Position numbers and translations under genes: made by a program. From Candidatus Moraniibacteriota bacterium (GTDB lineage: Bacteria; Patescibacteriota; Minisyncoccia; Moranbacterales; UBA1568): DNA of 64,000 bases. Shown here piece after piece: positions 8,291 to 18,393 of this stretch. Under the pieces are notes generated by a model. It was not told the origin of the DNA and did no database searches. It saw only the letters and a program-made list of their open reading frames with translations. Numbering within the stretch: position 1 is the stretch's first letter; each line of letters starts with the position of its first letter. The DNA is taken from NCBI GenBank assembly GCA_963778555.1, contig CAVZUR010000004.1, positions 180,151-244,150 on the forward strand, given 5' to 3'.

Positions 8291-10824
8291 TTAAGAAACA
8301 ATGGGGTGCAGTTTATTATTATTCTCAATCATTGTCAATAAAAAAGAGACCTCGCGCCTCCAAAAGATTACTCGCCATACAAATCGTGTCTCGGTAAAGG
8401 TCACTTCAGCGCCTTCGGCGAGCGTGCCCTGGAGGAGACGCTTCACGAAGGTGTCCTCCACGACGTCACTGATATAGCGGTTGATGGAGCGCGCGCCGAA
8501 CTCGCGCTCATAGCCTTTGGCCACGACTGCTCTGACCGCTTCGGGCGTGAAAGTTGAGCTCTCACCTTCTTTTCCTTGTAGAGCTTGTCAGCAAAGAACT
8601 TGAGCTTCAGCCCCGTCACTTGCTCCATCTCTTCGGACGTCAGCGAATTGAAGAGAATAACACCATCGAAGCGGTTGAGGAATTCCGGCCGGAACGTCCC
8701 TTGCTGAATGATGGAACTCATGAGTTCTTCTTCGATGTCGACCATCGAGCGGCCCGCCCCGGTCGCTTCATGAATGAGGTCGGCGCCCGCGTTCGACGTC
8801 GCGATAACGATAGAGTTGCGGAAGTTCACTTTGTGTCCGAAACCGTCCGTGACATAGCCCTCATCGAGAATCTGGAGAAAGAGATCAAGCGCCCGCGGAT
8901 AGGCCTTCTCCAGTTCGTCGAGGAGAAGGATGGAATAGGGATGCTCTTTCATCAAGGTCGTCATCCGGCCCTGCACGTTCATCTCGGCTGAACCAATGAG
9001 TTCGTCGATCGATTGCGGTGTCTGAAATTCGCTCATGTCGAGTCGGACCATGCGCTCCTCATCGCCGAAATAGACAGCCGCGAGCGCTTTGGCTGTTTCG
9101 GTCTTGCCAACGCCCGTCGGTCCGAGGAAGAGGAAGGAACCAATCGGTTTCTTGTCGTTGCCGAGACCACTTCTGGCCTTCCGAAAGGCTTCGGACATCT
9201 GTTTGATTGCCTCCTCCTGGCCGATGACGCGCTCATGCAAGAGCGCTTCAAGATTGAGAAGTTTGGCGCGCTCCTCCTCGTTCGCGTCGCCCATCGGAAT
9301 GCCAGATTTCTCCTCGAGAAAGTCTTCTACGACAGTCCGCTCGATGAAAGCGAGATCCGGATGCTTCTCCCAGTAGATGAGCACTTCTTGGGCGAGATCA
9401 ATGGCCCGCTCTGGAAACGGCATTTCCCAGTTGTACCGTTCAGCGCCTTCAACAATCGCGTGCAGAGATTGGAGTGTGAAGACAGGGCGCCGCTGCTCAA
9501 GTGTTTTGAAAGTATCCAGGAGAATCGCGATGGTTTCCTCTTTACTCGGTTCCGGAACGACGATCGCCTCAAAATATTTCAGCGCCGGGATCTGCCGTTG
9601 ACCGAGCGTATGATACGCTTCGCCCGTCATGAGACCGATGATGCGGCAGGTCGGCAGCGAGAGATAATCATTGAACACATCGCTCATTGCCATATCGCTC
9701 TCGGCATCGAGGAAGAGATTGATATTCTCGATGACCAAAACAACATTGCCGGCATACACCGCCTGGTTGAGGAGGTCGCGCAAGAGTCCCTTGGCGTCTA
9801 CTCCCTGGGTCCGGGCGTCCGAGATGGCCTGGCTGACGTCGAAAATGACGACGCGCGCCTCATCGATGACCCGATCCATGAAGCGGTTTTCGCGGATCCG
9901 TGCGGCAAAAGCATGCACGACACTGCGTTTGCCGATGCCCGGGTCGCCGATCAAGAGCGCCGAGTTGTCGTTCGGGCGAGAGAGCGTGAGTGTGAGCATC
10001 TCCATCACCTTTTCCCGGCCGATGCATTCCTGGCGGTGATAGTTGCCGAAATCATGTTCGGACAGATCGGTGATATAGCGGTCGAGATGCGGCGTATAGG
10101 CATACGCCCAGTACTTGCCAATCCGAGTCACCCGACGCAAATGCTCCCACTCCCAAAAACGTTCGGCACGTTTTTTTTCGGCAAAGCGTTTCCCCTCGAT
10201 AGCCCAAGCCTGATCAAAGAGTTCCGGTGCAATGCGCGCTGAGGCGAGGAACGCCGCTCGCTTTTCCGGCAGCGCGATCGTTTCGGCATCAATGTCCTTC
10301 GCCGGAAGCCCGAGCCGCATGAGCGATCGGTCGCGCCACGGCGCATGTTCCGGTTCGGCGATATAATCGGTCTGACTCCGCTCATGCTCATGCCAGGCGA
10401 TAACACCGATGATCACTATCACGAATGCGGCCACGAACGAAGCAACGCCCCAGATCAGACCGAAGGCGAGACCAACTACCAAGCTCCCACCGACAAGGAG
10501 GAGCGGCGCGATCGCAGCAAACAGCGAGAGCGCAACCACTGCGATGCCCATGAGTGCAATGGCGCCGAAGCCACAGAACAGCACAACCGAGCGAACGATT
10601 GACCCGAGAAAACGGGTGATCAGATTATTCAGAAGCGATTGGAACATAAGCACCGGATGGAATCCGCGCCAGGTCTGGAAACTGATATCGCGCTTCCAAG
10701 GCGAGAGGAGGGTGCGGAAGAGCCCAGCGACATTGAAGCGATGCAAAACATAACGGACATAATTGCCCGCAATCCGTGCGATTCCAAGAATCCCGACGGT
10801 ATAATACCAAAAGAAGAAGTTCAT
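8291..10824 (-). CDS. membrane-anchored ClpA/ClpB-like double AAA+ ATPase (D1 degenerate; frameshift near 8525-8545)
   Basis: N-terminal ~150 aa with 3-4 TM helices. D1 has a 'GDPGIGKRS' P-loop and a 'VLVIENINLF' Walker-B-like segment, both non-canonical. D2 is canonical: 'FLGPTGVGKTETAKALA', 'LLDELEKAYP'. The Clp C-terminal 'GARSINRYISDV...' lies in another frame (8291..8524). No IGF/L ClpP loop was seen. Confidence 0.7.
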
Positions 10825-10925
10825 GCTGAAAGCGCTTGGTGTTTCTTTTATTTCCTTTATTGTAGCGTCTCGGTAGCCTTTCGTAAATTGAATCAGCGAG
10901 CTTTTTTGCGTATACTGAAGCCACT

Positions 10926-12665
10926 ATGCATCTCCCACCGCTTTCCTCCCGCCATCCGTGGCTCATGGCCATGTCCGGAGGCGTGCTCGCGCTCATCTTA
11001 GCGCTCACTCTCGCCCTGTTCGGCTGGTTCCAGCCAGTACTCTCGCTTCTCGCGCTGATGTTCCTCGCGGGCGGCGTTGGCCTAGCCCTCTTCACACTCT
11101 CCCAGCAGCACGATCGGACGCGCCTCATCGTCCTGGCCGCACTCACCCTCTTTGCGGCGCTTATTGTGCTCCGGGCCGAACCCTCCGTCTTCACCGGCCG
11201 CGATCAAGGCTCGATTGCGCTCGCCGCCTGGGAACTGGCGCAGGGACACGAACTCGCATTCAAGAGCCCGACTGGCGAAACATTCTTCGCGATCTATGGT
11301 CCCGGCCGGGCGCTCAATTTCCCCGGCTTTAGCTATACCGATACCGGTGCGCTCATTACTCAGTTTCCGCTTGGTTATATCGCTTACCTCGCGCTCTTCA
11401 CACAGTGGTTCGGTCTGAGCGGCCTCCTCGTCGCCAATGCCATCCTCTTCATCCTCTCGGGCTGGACGTTTTTCGAGTTACTTTCGCTTTTTGTCAGCCG
11501 GCGGAATGCCCTGCTTGGAATAACGCTCTTTGCGACTTCTTTTCTCCCGCTCTGGCTCGCTCAGCTCGCGCTCACTGAAAATCTCGCACTCCTACTGTTT
11601 CTCACCCTGACGGTCTCCCTTGTCCGTCTTGAGCAAAAGTTGGATGCCAGCGTTCTCCCTCTGCTCATCCTCTCGGGTTTCCTTCTCGCCTTGACGCGCA
11701 TCGAGGGCTTCGTCATCGCTCCGCTCGCCATCGGCTATATTCTGATCCGCCCGAAACTCCGCGCCCACCTCTTGGCGCTACCCAAACGCTGGACGATCCC
11801 CACACTCCTGTTTCTCGGCTTTCTCTTCCTCCGAGACTTCTTCATGAATCTTCCCTTTTACACGATGATTGCCAAGGCTGCGCTCAAATACTGGCAAGAA
11901 ATCGGCGTCAGCGGCAGTGGTGGCAATGAACCGAATCTCGGACCAATTTTCATCTCATACGGCCTCTTCGCGGTCTTCGTGCTTGGCATCGCCTCGATCG
12001 GTTTCGATCTCCTGAAGCGGCGCTTCGCGCTCCTCATTCCTGTGCTGCTTGCGCTCCCGACTTTCATCTACCTCTTTGACGGTCATATCTCAGATGATCA
12101 CCCATGGCTCTTGCGTCGGTATGCCTTTACGCTGTTCCCGCTTTTTCTCCTCGCTACCGTCATGCTCTGGAACACTCTTGAGGAGAAGCTGGCCGCCAAC
12201 CGAAAAGCACTCTTTGCGTTCGGCGTTTTTCTCATCCTTTTGACGCTTCAGCTGCGACCGGCCTACGAAGCGCTTTCGGTCGTCGAGTACGACACACTGT
12301 ACGACCAGGCACGCGCTTTCGGCGAGCAGTTCACCGACCGCGATCTCATCCTGATCGACCGCCAATCTTCAGGCGATCCGTATGCCCTCATGGCCGGCCC
12401 CCTCGCCGCCCTCGACGGGAAGAATGCCGTTTATTTTTTCAATCCCGAAGACTATGCTCGAATTGACCGCAACCGTTTCGAGCATGTCTATTTCCTCACG
12501 ACCGAGGACAGCCTCGGCCGGTACGCCGAAGCCTTCGGTAATGAACTGCTCCCAGTCGAGGTCGTCTCTTTCTCGCACCCAACCCTCGCGGCACCCAAGC
12601 CCTACGCTTGGCCGGGACAAGTCTTGATTGTCAGCGATGCAATCCTCTTCGAAGTAACGAAATGA
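10926..12665 (+). CDS. polytopic membrane protein, GT-C-like (ArnT/PMT-type) glycosyltransferase candidate
   Basis: 579 aa with >10 predicted TM helices and a soluble C-terminal domain. Architecture resembles GT39/GT83. No diagnostic motif was verified. Confidence 0.5.
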   Translation: MHLPPLSSRHPWLMAMSGGVLALILALTLALFGWFQPVLSLLALMFLAGGVGLALFTLSQQHDRTRLIVLAALTLFAALIVLRAEPSVFTGRDQGSIALAAWELAQGHELAFKSPTGETFFAIYGPGRALNFPGFSYTDTGALITQFPLGYIAYLALFTQWFGLSGLLVANAILFILSGWTFFELLSLFVSRRNALLGITLFATSFLPLWLAQLALTENLALLLFLTLTVSLVRLEQKLDASVLPLLILSGFLLALTRIEGFVIAPLAIGYILIRPKLRAHLLALPKRWTIPTLLFLGFLFLRDFFMNLPFYTMIAKAALKYWQEIGVSGSGGNEPNLGPIFISYGLFAVFVLGIASIGFDLLKRRFALLIPVLLALPTFIYLFDGHISDDHPWLLRRYAFTLFPLFLLATVMLWNTLEEKLAANRKALFAFGVFLILLTLQLRPAYEALSVVEYDTLYDQARAFGEQFTDRDLILIDRQSSGDPYALMAGPLAALDGKNAVYFFNPEDYARIDRNRFEHVYFLTTEDSLGRYAEAFGNELLPVEVVSFSHPTLAAPKPYAWPGQVLIVSDAILFEVTK

Positions 12666-13825
12666 CGGCTATGCGACCCCCTTTCATTCCGCTCCCCGAA
12701 CATCTCCAGCCGCTGTACACGAAGCTCCGGATCACCCTCGTGATCAGTCTCTTGGCAGTTTTCATCGGCGTCGCACACGCTTTTCTCTTTCCGACCATCG
12801 AGACCAGTTTCGATTTCCGCAATCCGAAATCCAGCCGGAATCAAATCTTCGACCCGCGCTCACCAAACGGTATGCCCCGAACCAACGGCAAGATCGAAAT
12901 AGAGGGCGAGCTCGTCGCCAATACCAGCCCGTTGGGGGATTTTTCCCGCCTCTCCGTCGCACTTGATCTTGAAAAGAAATCCGAAAATCCGAACCAGGTC
13001 GAGATAGCCGTTCGGAAGAACTACCGAGCTTTTCTCTTCCCAGTCGGAGAAAACCTCACCGGTTTTCCCGCCGCTGACCTCTATCGCATCGGTGATGTAT
13101 ACTACTCGCTCCAAGACGGGCGTCTGCACCCATTCGTGAGCGAGTCAGCGTTCCGCTCCCGGTATTCGGAAACTGCTGCGAAGATCGCAGCAGCTGAAAT
13201 GTTGGAGCGGCATCCAACCACTCCCGATTTCACCGGGTTCCGCGTCGGCAGCCTCATTTCATTTGCGGATGGTGTTTACGTCGTCGTGAGTGAGACTGAG
13301 ATCCGGCCGATCGGCAGCGCCGAAATCTTTCTTTCACTCGGGTACCATTTCGAGGATGTCATCCCGGTCAATGAAGAGGATCTCGGAATCTACAAACGCG
13401 GGCGTATCCTCCTCTTGGGTGCGTCCCATCCCGATGGCACGCTCTTTGAGGATCAGGATTCAGGCAGGCTCTACCTGATTGAAAATGGCTTGCGGCGCCC
13501 AATCGCGAATGGCGATTATCACGATTTTCTCATTTCGCAGCAGCACCCGATTCTCGCTCGTGAGCCGGGCGAGCGAGAAGTCGCTCGCTGCACCGCCACC
13601 GCCGGCGTCTTCCCGCGTGCGCTCCACTGCTCTCTGGAACTCGTCGCACTCGCCGATACGGTCGGGCCGGATTATGAAATCACGCTCTCGGGCGCCGATA
13701 CCGATATCAATATCGCAGCCTCCACGCTCGCCTTCGAGACCCGTCTTGACGCAGAGAACCTGAAAACACTCCTCGCCAAGATAAAACAGCGGCTGCTCGC
13801 ACGCTTCGGACTGACTCCGTCATAA
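12662..13825 (+). CDS. hypothetical membrane-anchored protein
   Basis: Start 'ATGA' overlaps the stop of the upstream gene. Single N-terminal TM (ITLVISLLAVFIGVAHAFLF). Translationally coupled with the GT-C-like gene. Confidence 0.5.
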   Translation: MTAMRPPFIPLPEHLQPLYTKLRITLVISLLAVFIGVAHAFLFPTIETSFDFRNPKSSRNQIFDPRSPNGMPRTNGKIEIEGELVANTSPLGDFSRLSVALDLEKKSENPNQVEIAVRKNYRAFLFPVGENLTGFPAADLYRIGDVYYSLQDGRLHPFVSESAFRSRYSETAAKIAAAEMLERHPTTPDFTGFRVGSLISFADGVYVVVSETEIRPIGSAEIFLSLGYHFEDVIPVNEEDLGIYKRGRILLLGASHPDGTLFEDQDSGRLYLIENGLRRPIANGDYHDFLISQQHPILAREPGEREVARCTATAGVFPRALHCSLELVALADTVGPDYEITLSGADTDINIAASTLAFETRLDAENLKTLLAKIKQRLLARFGLTPS

Positions 13826-14260
13826 ATGCCTATGTCTACGTGGTTCAAAACAATTCTTGAGCGGTACGAAACCAGCGGCCAGCTCGCACTCGCGGCCAAT
13901 CTCCTCTACGACGCCGTCCTCAGCGGTTGGATTGCCTTCGCGCTATTGTACTCGCTGGAAGTGCTGCTGCCCACCTTCGTCATGGCTCGGCTCTCGCTCG
14001 TGAAATTCGCGGTTGTCCTCCTGGTATTCACAAGCCTCCTCGCCTGGATTGGACAACGACTGAAGCGGCCGGTCAATGCGTCAGACACCAAAGTCAAGCG
14101 CCTCTGGATCACACTCGCTGGTATCGCCGGACTCGTCATCATCGCGCTGGCCCACTATCGCTTCCCCTGGTGGAGTATCCCGCTCTCCGTCGGCGGTTTC
14201 ACTCTAGTCATGTGGCAGTTCTGGAAACTCGGCGACAAAAATCATGATCCGAGGATATAG
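13826..14260 (+). CDS. small integral membrane protein
   Basis: 144 aa with 4 hydrophobic segments. Starts immediately after the stop of the previous gene. Confidence 0.45.
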   Translation: MPMSTWFKTILERYETSGQLALAANLLYDAVLSGWIAFALLYSLEVLLPTFVMARLSLVKFAVVLLVFTSLLAWIGQRLKRPVNASDTKVKRLWITLAGIAGLVIIALAHYRFPWWSIPLSVGGFTLVMWQFWKLGDKNHDPRI

Positions 14261-15360
14261 CGGAGCGTCGCTTCGGCTGTCCGATCCCAAGAAAAGCGCT
14301 CCAGCTCAACGCTCGCTTTCCGGCACAACGCGGTTTGAAGTGCTTCATCGTTCCAGAGTGTTCCGATTTTTTCCGCGATGTCCTCAGTATCCAGAGCATT
14401 GACATACAGCGCCCCATCGCCGGCTACTTCGCGCAGACTGGAATTGTCGGCCGTAATGACCGGCGTCCCGGAAGCGAATGCTTCGAGTAGCGGCAGCCCG
14501 AAACCTTCATAAAGCGACGGAAATACGAAGAGGCGCGCGCCTTGGTACAGCACTCGCAACTCCTCGAAACTCACTCTCCCGGTGAGGAGGATGTCATTCT
14601 GGAAGGGACTCGCTTTTCTCGCAGAGAGGATTTCATCCGAGAGCCACGCCGGTTCGCCGCAGAGTACGAGCCGCAGCTCAGGTATGGATCGTTTCACCGT
14701 CTCGAAAGCCCGGATAAGGCGGACAAGATTTTTTCTCGGCTGCAACGCGCCAACATAGAGGAGATACCTTCCCTGCCGCAGCCCGTAGCGCTCCAATGTT
14801 GGCTCCAACTCGGTCGAGGCCAGCCGCTCACCAAAAAATTTTCCATCGAAACCGTGATGAATAACCTGCACTTTGCTGGTTTCAAGAGTAGGAAAGAACT
14901 CTAACAGGTCACGTTTGGTCGACTCGGAGACGGCGATGAGCCGGTCTGCTTGTCGGATACAGGCGCTGAGCATAAAATTAAGCTTCCAGAGATGGCTTTC
15001 TGGGAATGTCTCAGGAAAGCGCCGAAAGGCAAGATCGTGAATGGTCGCCGTCACGTGCATGCCCTGAGGTAGACAGACTGGCGCAGCCTGAATCGGCAGG
15101 AAGAGCCGATCGGGCCGGGTCTGCCACATGTCCCAAGCAAAACGCGTCTGCATCCACGCATACGGAAAAGGCAACGACCGTTCGGTATAGTTCGAATACG
15201 CTGGTGGAGCGAGAACGGGATTGAAAACGCCCCGGTGATAGATGTGGAAGTCCGTTGCTGGAGAGAGCGGGCCGAAACGCAGCAGCAACTCGCGAACATA
15301 TACCCGCGTCCCGTCGATCCGGGTATGGTCGAGATCACTTGCCTGGATTGCTAGTTTCAT
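14242..15360 (-). CDS. GT4-family glycosyltransferase (intact)
   Basis: 'LLYVGALQPRKN', 'FVFPSLYEGFGLPLLEAFASGTPVI' retaining GT-B/GT4 signature. Confidence 0.8.
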   Translation of the reverse strand: MKLAIQASDLDHTRIDGTRVYVRELLLRFGPLSPATDFHIYHRGVFNPVLAPPAYSNYTERSLPFPYAWMQTRFAWDMWQTRPDRLFLPIQAAPVCLPQGMHVTATIHDLAFRRFPETFPESHLWKLNFMLSACIRQADRLIAVSESTKRDLLEFFPTLETSKVQVIHHGFDGKFFGERLASTELEPTLERYGLRQGRYLLYVGALQPRKNLVRLIRAFETVKRSIPELRLVLCGEPAWLSDEILSARKASPFQNDILLTGRVSFEELRVLYQGARLFVFPSLYEGFGLPLLEAFASGTPVITADNSSLREVAGDGALYVNALDTEDIAEKIGTLWNDEALQTALCRKASVELERFSWDRTAEATLRYILGS

Positions 15361-16316
15361 AGATGCGGCGTTCGCTCTCTGCGGGCCCGCATGAGTTCGA
15401 CCGGCTCGGCGAAGAACATCTTCTCTTCCTTTGCTACGAACCGCTCGATGCTCGCGCCCTGATCGCGGAAGAAGCCGACCACCTGCTGGATCCGATCTTC
15501 CGGCGCGCTCGCGCCGCCCGTCACGCCGATAGTCGATACGCCTGTGAACCAGGCGGGGTCGAGATCATGCACGTCATCGACCAAGTACGCCTTCGCGCCC
15601 GTGCGTTCGGCGGTCTCACGCAAACGGTTGGAATTCGATGAGGTTCGAGAGCCTACGACGATGATAAGCGGAACGACCTTGGCTAATCCCTTCACCGCCT
15701 CCTGCCGATTGGTCGTGGCATAGCAGATGTCTTCGAGCGGCGGGGCGATAATGTTCGGATATTTCTTTTGAAGCGCGGCGATGGTTTCTTTCGTCTCGTC
15801 GATTGAAAGTGTGGTCTGAGTGAGGTAGACCATTTTTTCTGTTCGGGGGAACTGGAGCGCATCGACATCCGCAACTGACTCAACCAACGGAATCGCAACG
15901 CCTGGCGCTTCGCCGAGCACGCCGAGGCCTTCGACATGGCCCGCGTGTCCGATGTAGATGATCGCGTAGCCTTCTTTGATAAATCGCAATACTTCAAGGT
16001 GCACTTTGGTCACCAAGGGGCATGTCGCATCAATCAAGTGAAGCTTGCGCCGCCGCGCCGTCTCATAATGAGCCCGGGGCGATCCGTGGGCGGAGAAGAC
16101 GACGATTGAGCCCTCCGGGACGTCCTCAAGATTTTCCACCGTAATGGCACCTTTTTTCGCGAGATCAATCACGACGTGCTTGTTGTGGACGATCTCGTGC
16201 TTCACATAGACGGGAGTGCCGAAAAAATCCAGCGTGTCCTCGACCGCTTTCACGGCGCGCGCCACTCCGGCGCAGAATCCATGCGGCTCAGCAATCAGAA
16301 CTTTCTGAACAGCCAT
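15357..16316 (-). CDS. ispH: 4-hydroxy-3-methylbut-2-enyl diphosphate reductase
   Basis: 'GFCAGV', 'SAHGSP', 'ATCPLVTKVH', 'GSRTSSNSNRL'. Matches the IspH/LytB family throughout. Confidence 0.9.
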   Translation of the reverse strand: MAVQKVLIAEPHGFCAGVARAVKAVEDTLDFFGTPVYVKHEIVHNKHVVIDLAKKGAITVENLEDVPEGSIVVFSAHGSPRAHYETARRRKLHLIDATCPLVTKVHLEVLRFIKEGYAIIYIGHAGHVEGLGVLGEAPGVAIPLVESVADVDALQFPRTEKMVYLTQTTLSIDETKETIAALQKKYPNIIAPPLEDICYATTNRQEAVKGLAKVVPLIIVVGSRTSSNSNRLRETAERTGAKAYLVDDVHDLDPAWFTGVSTIGVTGGASAPEDRIQQVVGFFRDQGASIERFVAKEEKMFFAEPVELMRARRERTPHL

Positions 16317-16318
16317 AC

Positions 16319-17041
16319 CTAGTCCTTGATGAGGGTGCCGATGAATTTCTTGCCGGCGATATAGCCAGCGACATTATCGAGGTCGCCGCCGTTCAGGATA
16401 GCGACTTCCATCCCTTCCGTTTGAGCCATGGCCGAGGCAATCGGATCGAAAGGAACGTTCATACCCGGATTCCATTTCTCACCGACGAGCTTCCGGAACG
16501 CCTTCCACACCATACGATCGAACGGTATCGCATCGCTGTGCTGATGGGGATCCTTGTCGTAGACGCGCTCGATATTCGAAAGGTTGATGATACGCTTCAC
16601 TCCTAGATATTTTCCGAGTACCACCGCGTCGAAATCCGTCGAGAAGCCCGGCCGCCAGCCGGCTGCGACGAGAATCGGCTCCGGCGCGGAATAGAAGTCC
16701 TCGAGATCATGCGGATTGGTGTTGATGCGTGGATGGGCGTATTCACGGAAGATCGTTCGAACGAGATGGGCGTTCATGCGCGTCGCATGAATTCCGAGCC
16801 AATCCTTGTCTTCGTCATTGATTTTAGTCACAGTCGCAGCTGATTCGATATACTTTCGCGCTGTCTTGCCGCCGCCGGTCACGAGGATAAAATGATATCC
16901 CTTCTTGATATGGCTGACGATGAACCGTTTGAAGTTCGCGACAAAAACATCATCAATCGACTCCGGAACGAGCAGCGATCCACCGAGCGAAATTATGATC
17001 CGCTCCGACTCCTTTTTCAACAGCTTCCTCCTAGTGATCAT
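16319..17041 (-). CDS. amino-acid-kinase family protein, UMP kinase-like (archaeal-type); isopentenyl phosphate kinase not excluded
   Basis: 'IIISLGGSLL', 'ILVTGGGKTARKY', 'ILVAAGWRPGFSTD'. Adjacent to ispH. Confidence 0.6.
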   Translation of the reverse strand: MITRRKLLKKESERIIISLGGSLLVPESIDDVFVANFKRFIVSHIKKGYHFILVTGGGKTARKYIESAATVTKINDEDKDWLGIHATRMNAHLVRTIFREYAHPRINTNPHDLEDFYSAPEPILVAAGWRPGFSTDFDAVVLGKYLGVKRIINLSNIERVYDKDPHQHSDAIPFDRMVWKAFRKLVGEKWNPGMNVPFDPIASAMAQTEGMEVAILNGGDLDNVAGYIAGKKFIGTLIKD

Positions 17042-18296
17042 TTCTTTCTTCGGCATAACGTTCATGCATATACGCACTGAGCTGATTAAACGGCACTGAC
17101 GCAATTTCTTCCCCCGAACGCTCTTTCACTTCGGCCATCCCGGACTCAAGCGACCGTCGGCCGATGATGATGCGATACGGGATGCCGAGCAGGTCCGCCT
17201 CGGCGAACTTTTCTCCAGCGTTCGCGTCGCGATCATCGTACAGCACCGCAATTCCATCCCTAGTGAGCGCCGCATAGATTTCCGCTGACTTCTCATCAGC
17301 CCCAAGCGAAAGCAAGTGGATTTGGAATGGCGCCACGGACTTCGGCCAGACGAGACCGCGTTCATCCGACAACACTTCAACGATAGTACCAAGGAGCCGG
17401 GTGGGACCGATGCCGTAGGAACCCATCACGACTGGGCGCATATTCCCCGCTTCGTCCTTATAAGTCAGCCCCAGCGCTTCGGAAAACTTCGTCCCGAGAT
17501 GGAAGATGTTTCCGACTTCAATCGATTTTTTCTCAACGAGGTCGCTTCGCGTGATGCCCAACTCAGCGAGTGATTCATCGGACAGCACTTCCTTATTCAA
17601 CGCGACTCCTTTATTCTCGTCGACGTAGATGACATCCTCGCCGGCTTCAGAAACCGTTTGAAACTCTTCAGAAAAACGGCTGAAGATACCCCCGGACGCA
17701 AATGTCACATAGGTCAGATCGCCGAGTCCAAGACGCTGAAAGACTCTTTTATAGGCCCCGCGAGCCTGCGCGTAAAAAACCTGGTGTTGTTCATCGTTTT
17801 TCGCGAATGAATACAAATCCTTCATGAGGAACTCCTTGCCACGCATGATGCCAGACTTGGCGCGCAGCTCGTTTCTGAACTTCGTCTGAAATTGGTAGAC
17901 GGCCTTCGGTAGATCGCGATAGGACGCGATATGGTTCCGCATCATATTCGTCACCGGTTCTTCGTGCGTAATACCGAGCCCCGTCGCGCCGCCGGACTTG
18001 AATTCCGTCTTGAACCAATTATCGACCTTGGCATCGTCCCAGCGATCGGTCTTCTGCCAGAGCAACTTATCCTGAAGCGCTGGCATGAGAATCTCATTGC
18101 CACCGATTCCATTCATTTCCTCACGAATGATGCCGACGATCTTCTCCAGCGTCCGAAGGCCCAGTGTCAGATAACTGTACACGCCGGCCATCTCTTTATG
18201 CACATAGCCTGCCCGGATGAGGAGCGATGCGTTTTTGCTCACCTCGTCTGCCGGAGCGGTCTTGGATGTCTTCGTAAAGAGAGCCGATTGGCGCAT
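17031..18296 (-). CDS. proS: proline--tRNA ligase
   Basis: 'MRQSALFTKTSK..LLIRAGYV' N-terminus. Class II motifs 'FRNELRAKSGIMRGKEF' and 'SYGIGPTRL'. Confidence 0.9.
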   Translation of the reverse strand: MRQSALFTKTSKTAPADEVSKNASLLIRAGYVHKEMAGVYSYLTLGLRTLEKIVGIIREEMNGIGGNEILMPALQDKLLWQKTDRWDDAKVDNWFKTEFKSGGATGLGITHEEPVTNMMRNHIASYRDLPKAVYQFQTKFRNELRAKSGIMRGKEFLMKDLYSFAKNDEQHQVFYAQARGAYKRVFQRLGLGDLTYVTFASGGIFSRFSEEFQTVSEAGEDVIYVDENKGVALNKEVLSDESLAELGITRSDLVEKKSIEVGNIFHLGTKFSEALGLTYKDEAGNMRPVVMGSYGIGPTRLLGTIVEVLSDERGLVWPKSVAPFQIHLLSLGADEKSAEIYAALTRDGIAVLYDDRDANAGEKFAEADLLGIPYRIIIGRRSLESGMAEVKERSGEEIASVPFNQLSAYMHERYAEERNDH

Positions 18297-18393
18297 AGGG
18301 GATGACGTTTTCTTTATTGTACGGAATGCTCCGGCGAGTGTCAAAGAAAAATGGCCTTCTCAAGCCTCAAATCGAAAAACTTCCGCTCCTCCA

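Noticed and set aside
9013-10242. 409-aa plus-strand ORF
   Set aside because: It is entirely antisense to the well-supported Clp-like ATPase gene. The translation is Arg/Ala-rich with no motifs. This is a typical spurious long ORF in high-GC DNA.
16319-17104. Longer N-terminal extension of the kinase gene (start at 17104)
   Set aside because: It would overlap the proS stop by >70 nt and adds a non-conserved 'MRQCRLISSVRICMNV' leader. The internal start at 17041 gives a typical 241-aa protein with an 8-nt overlap only.
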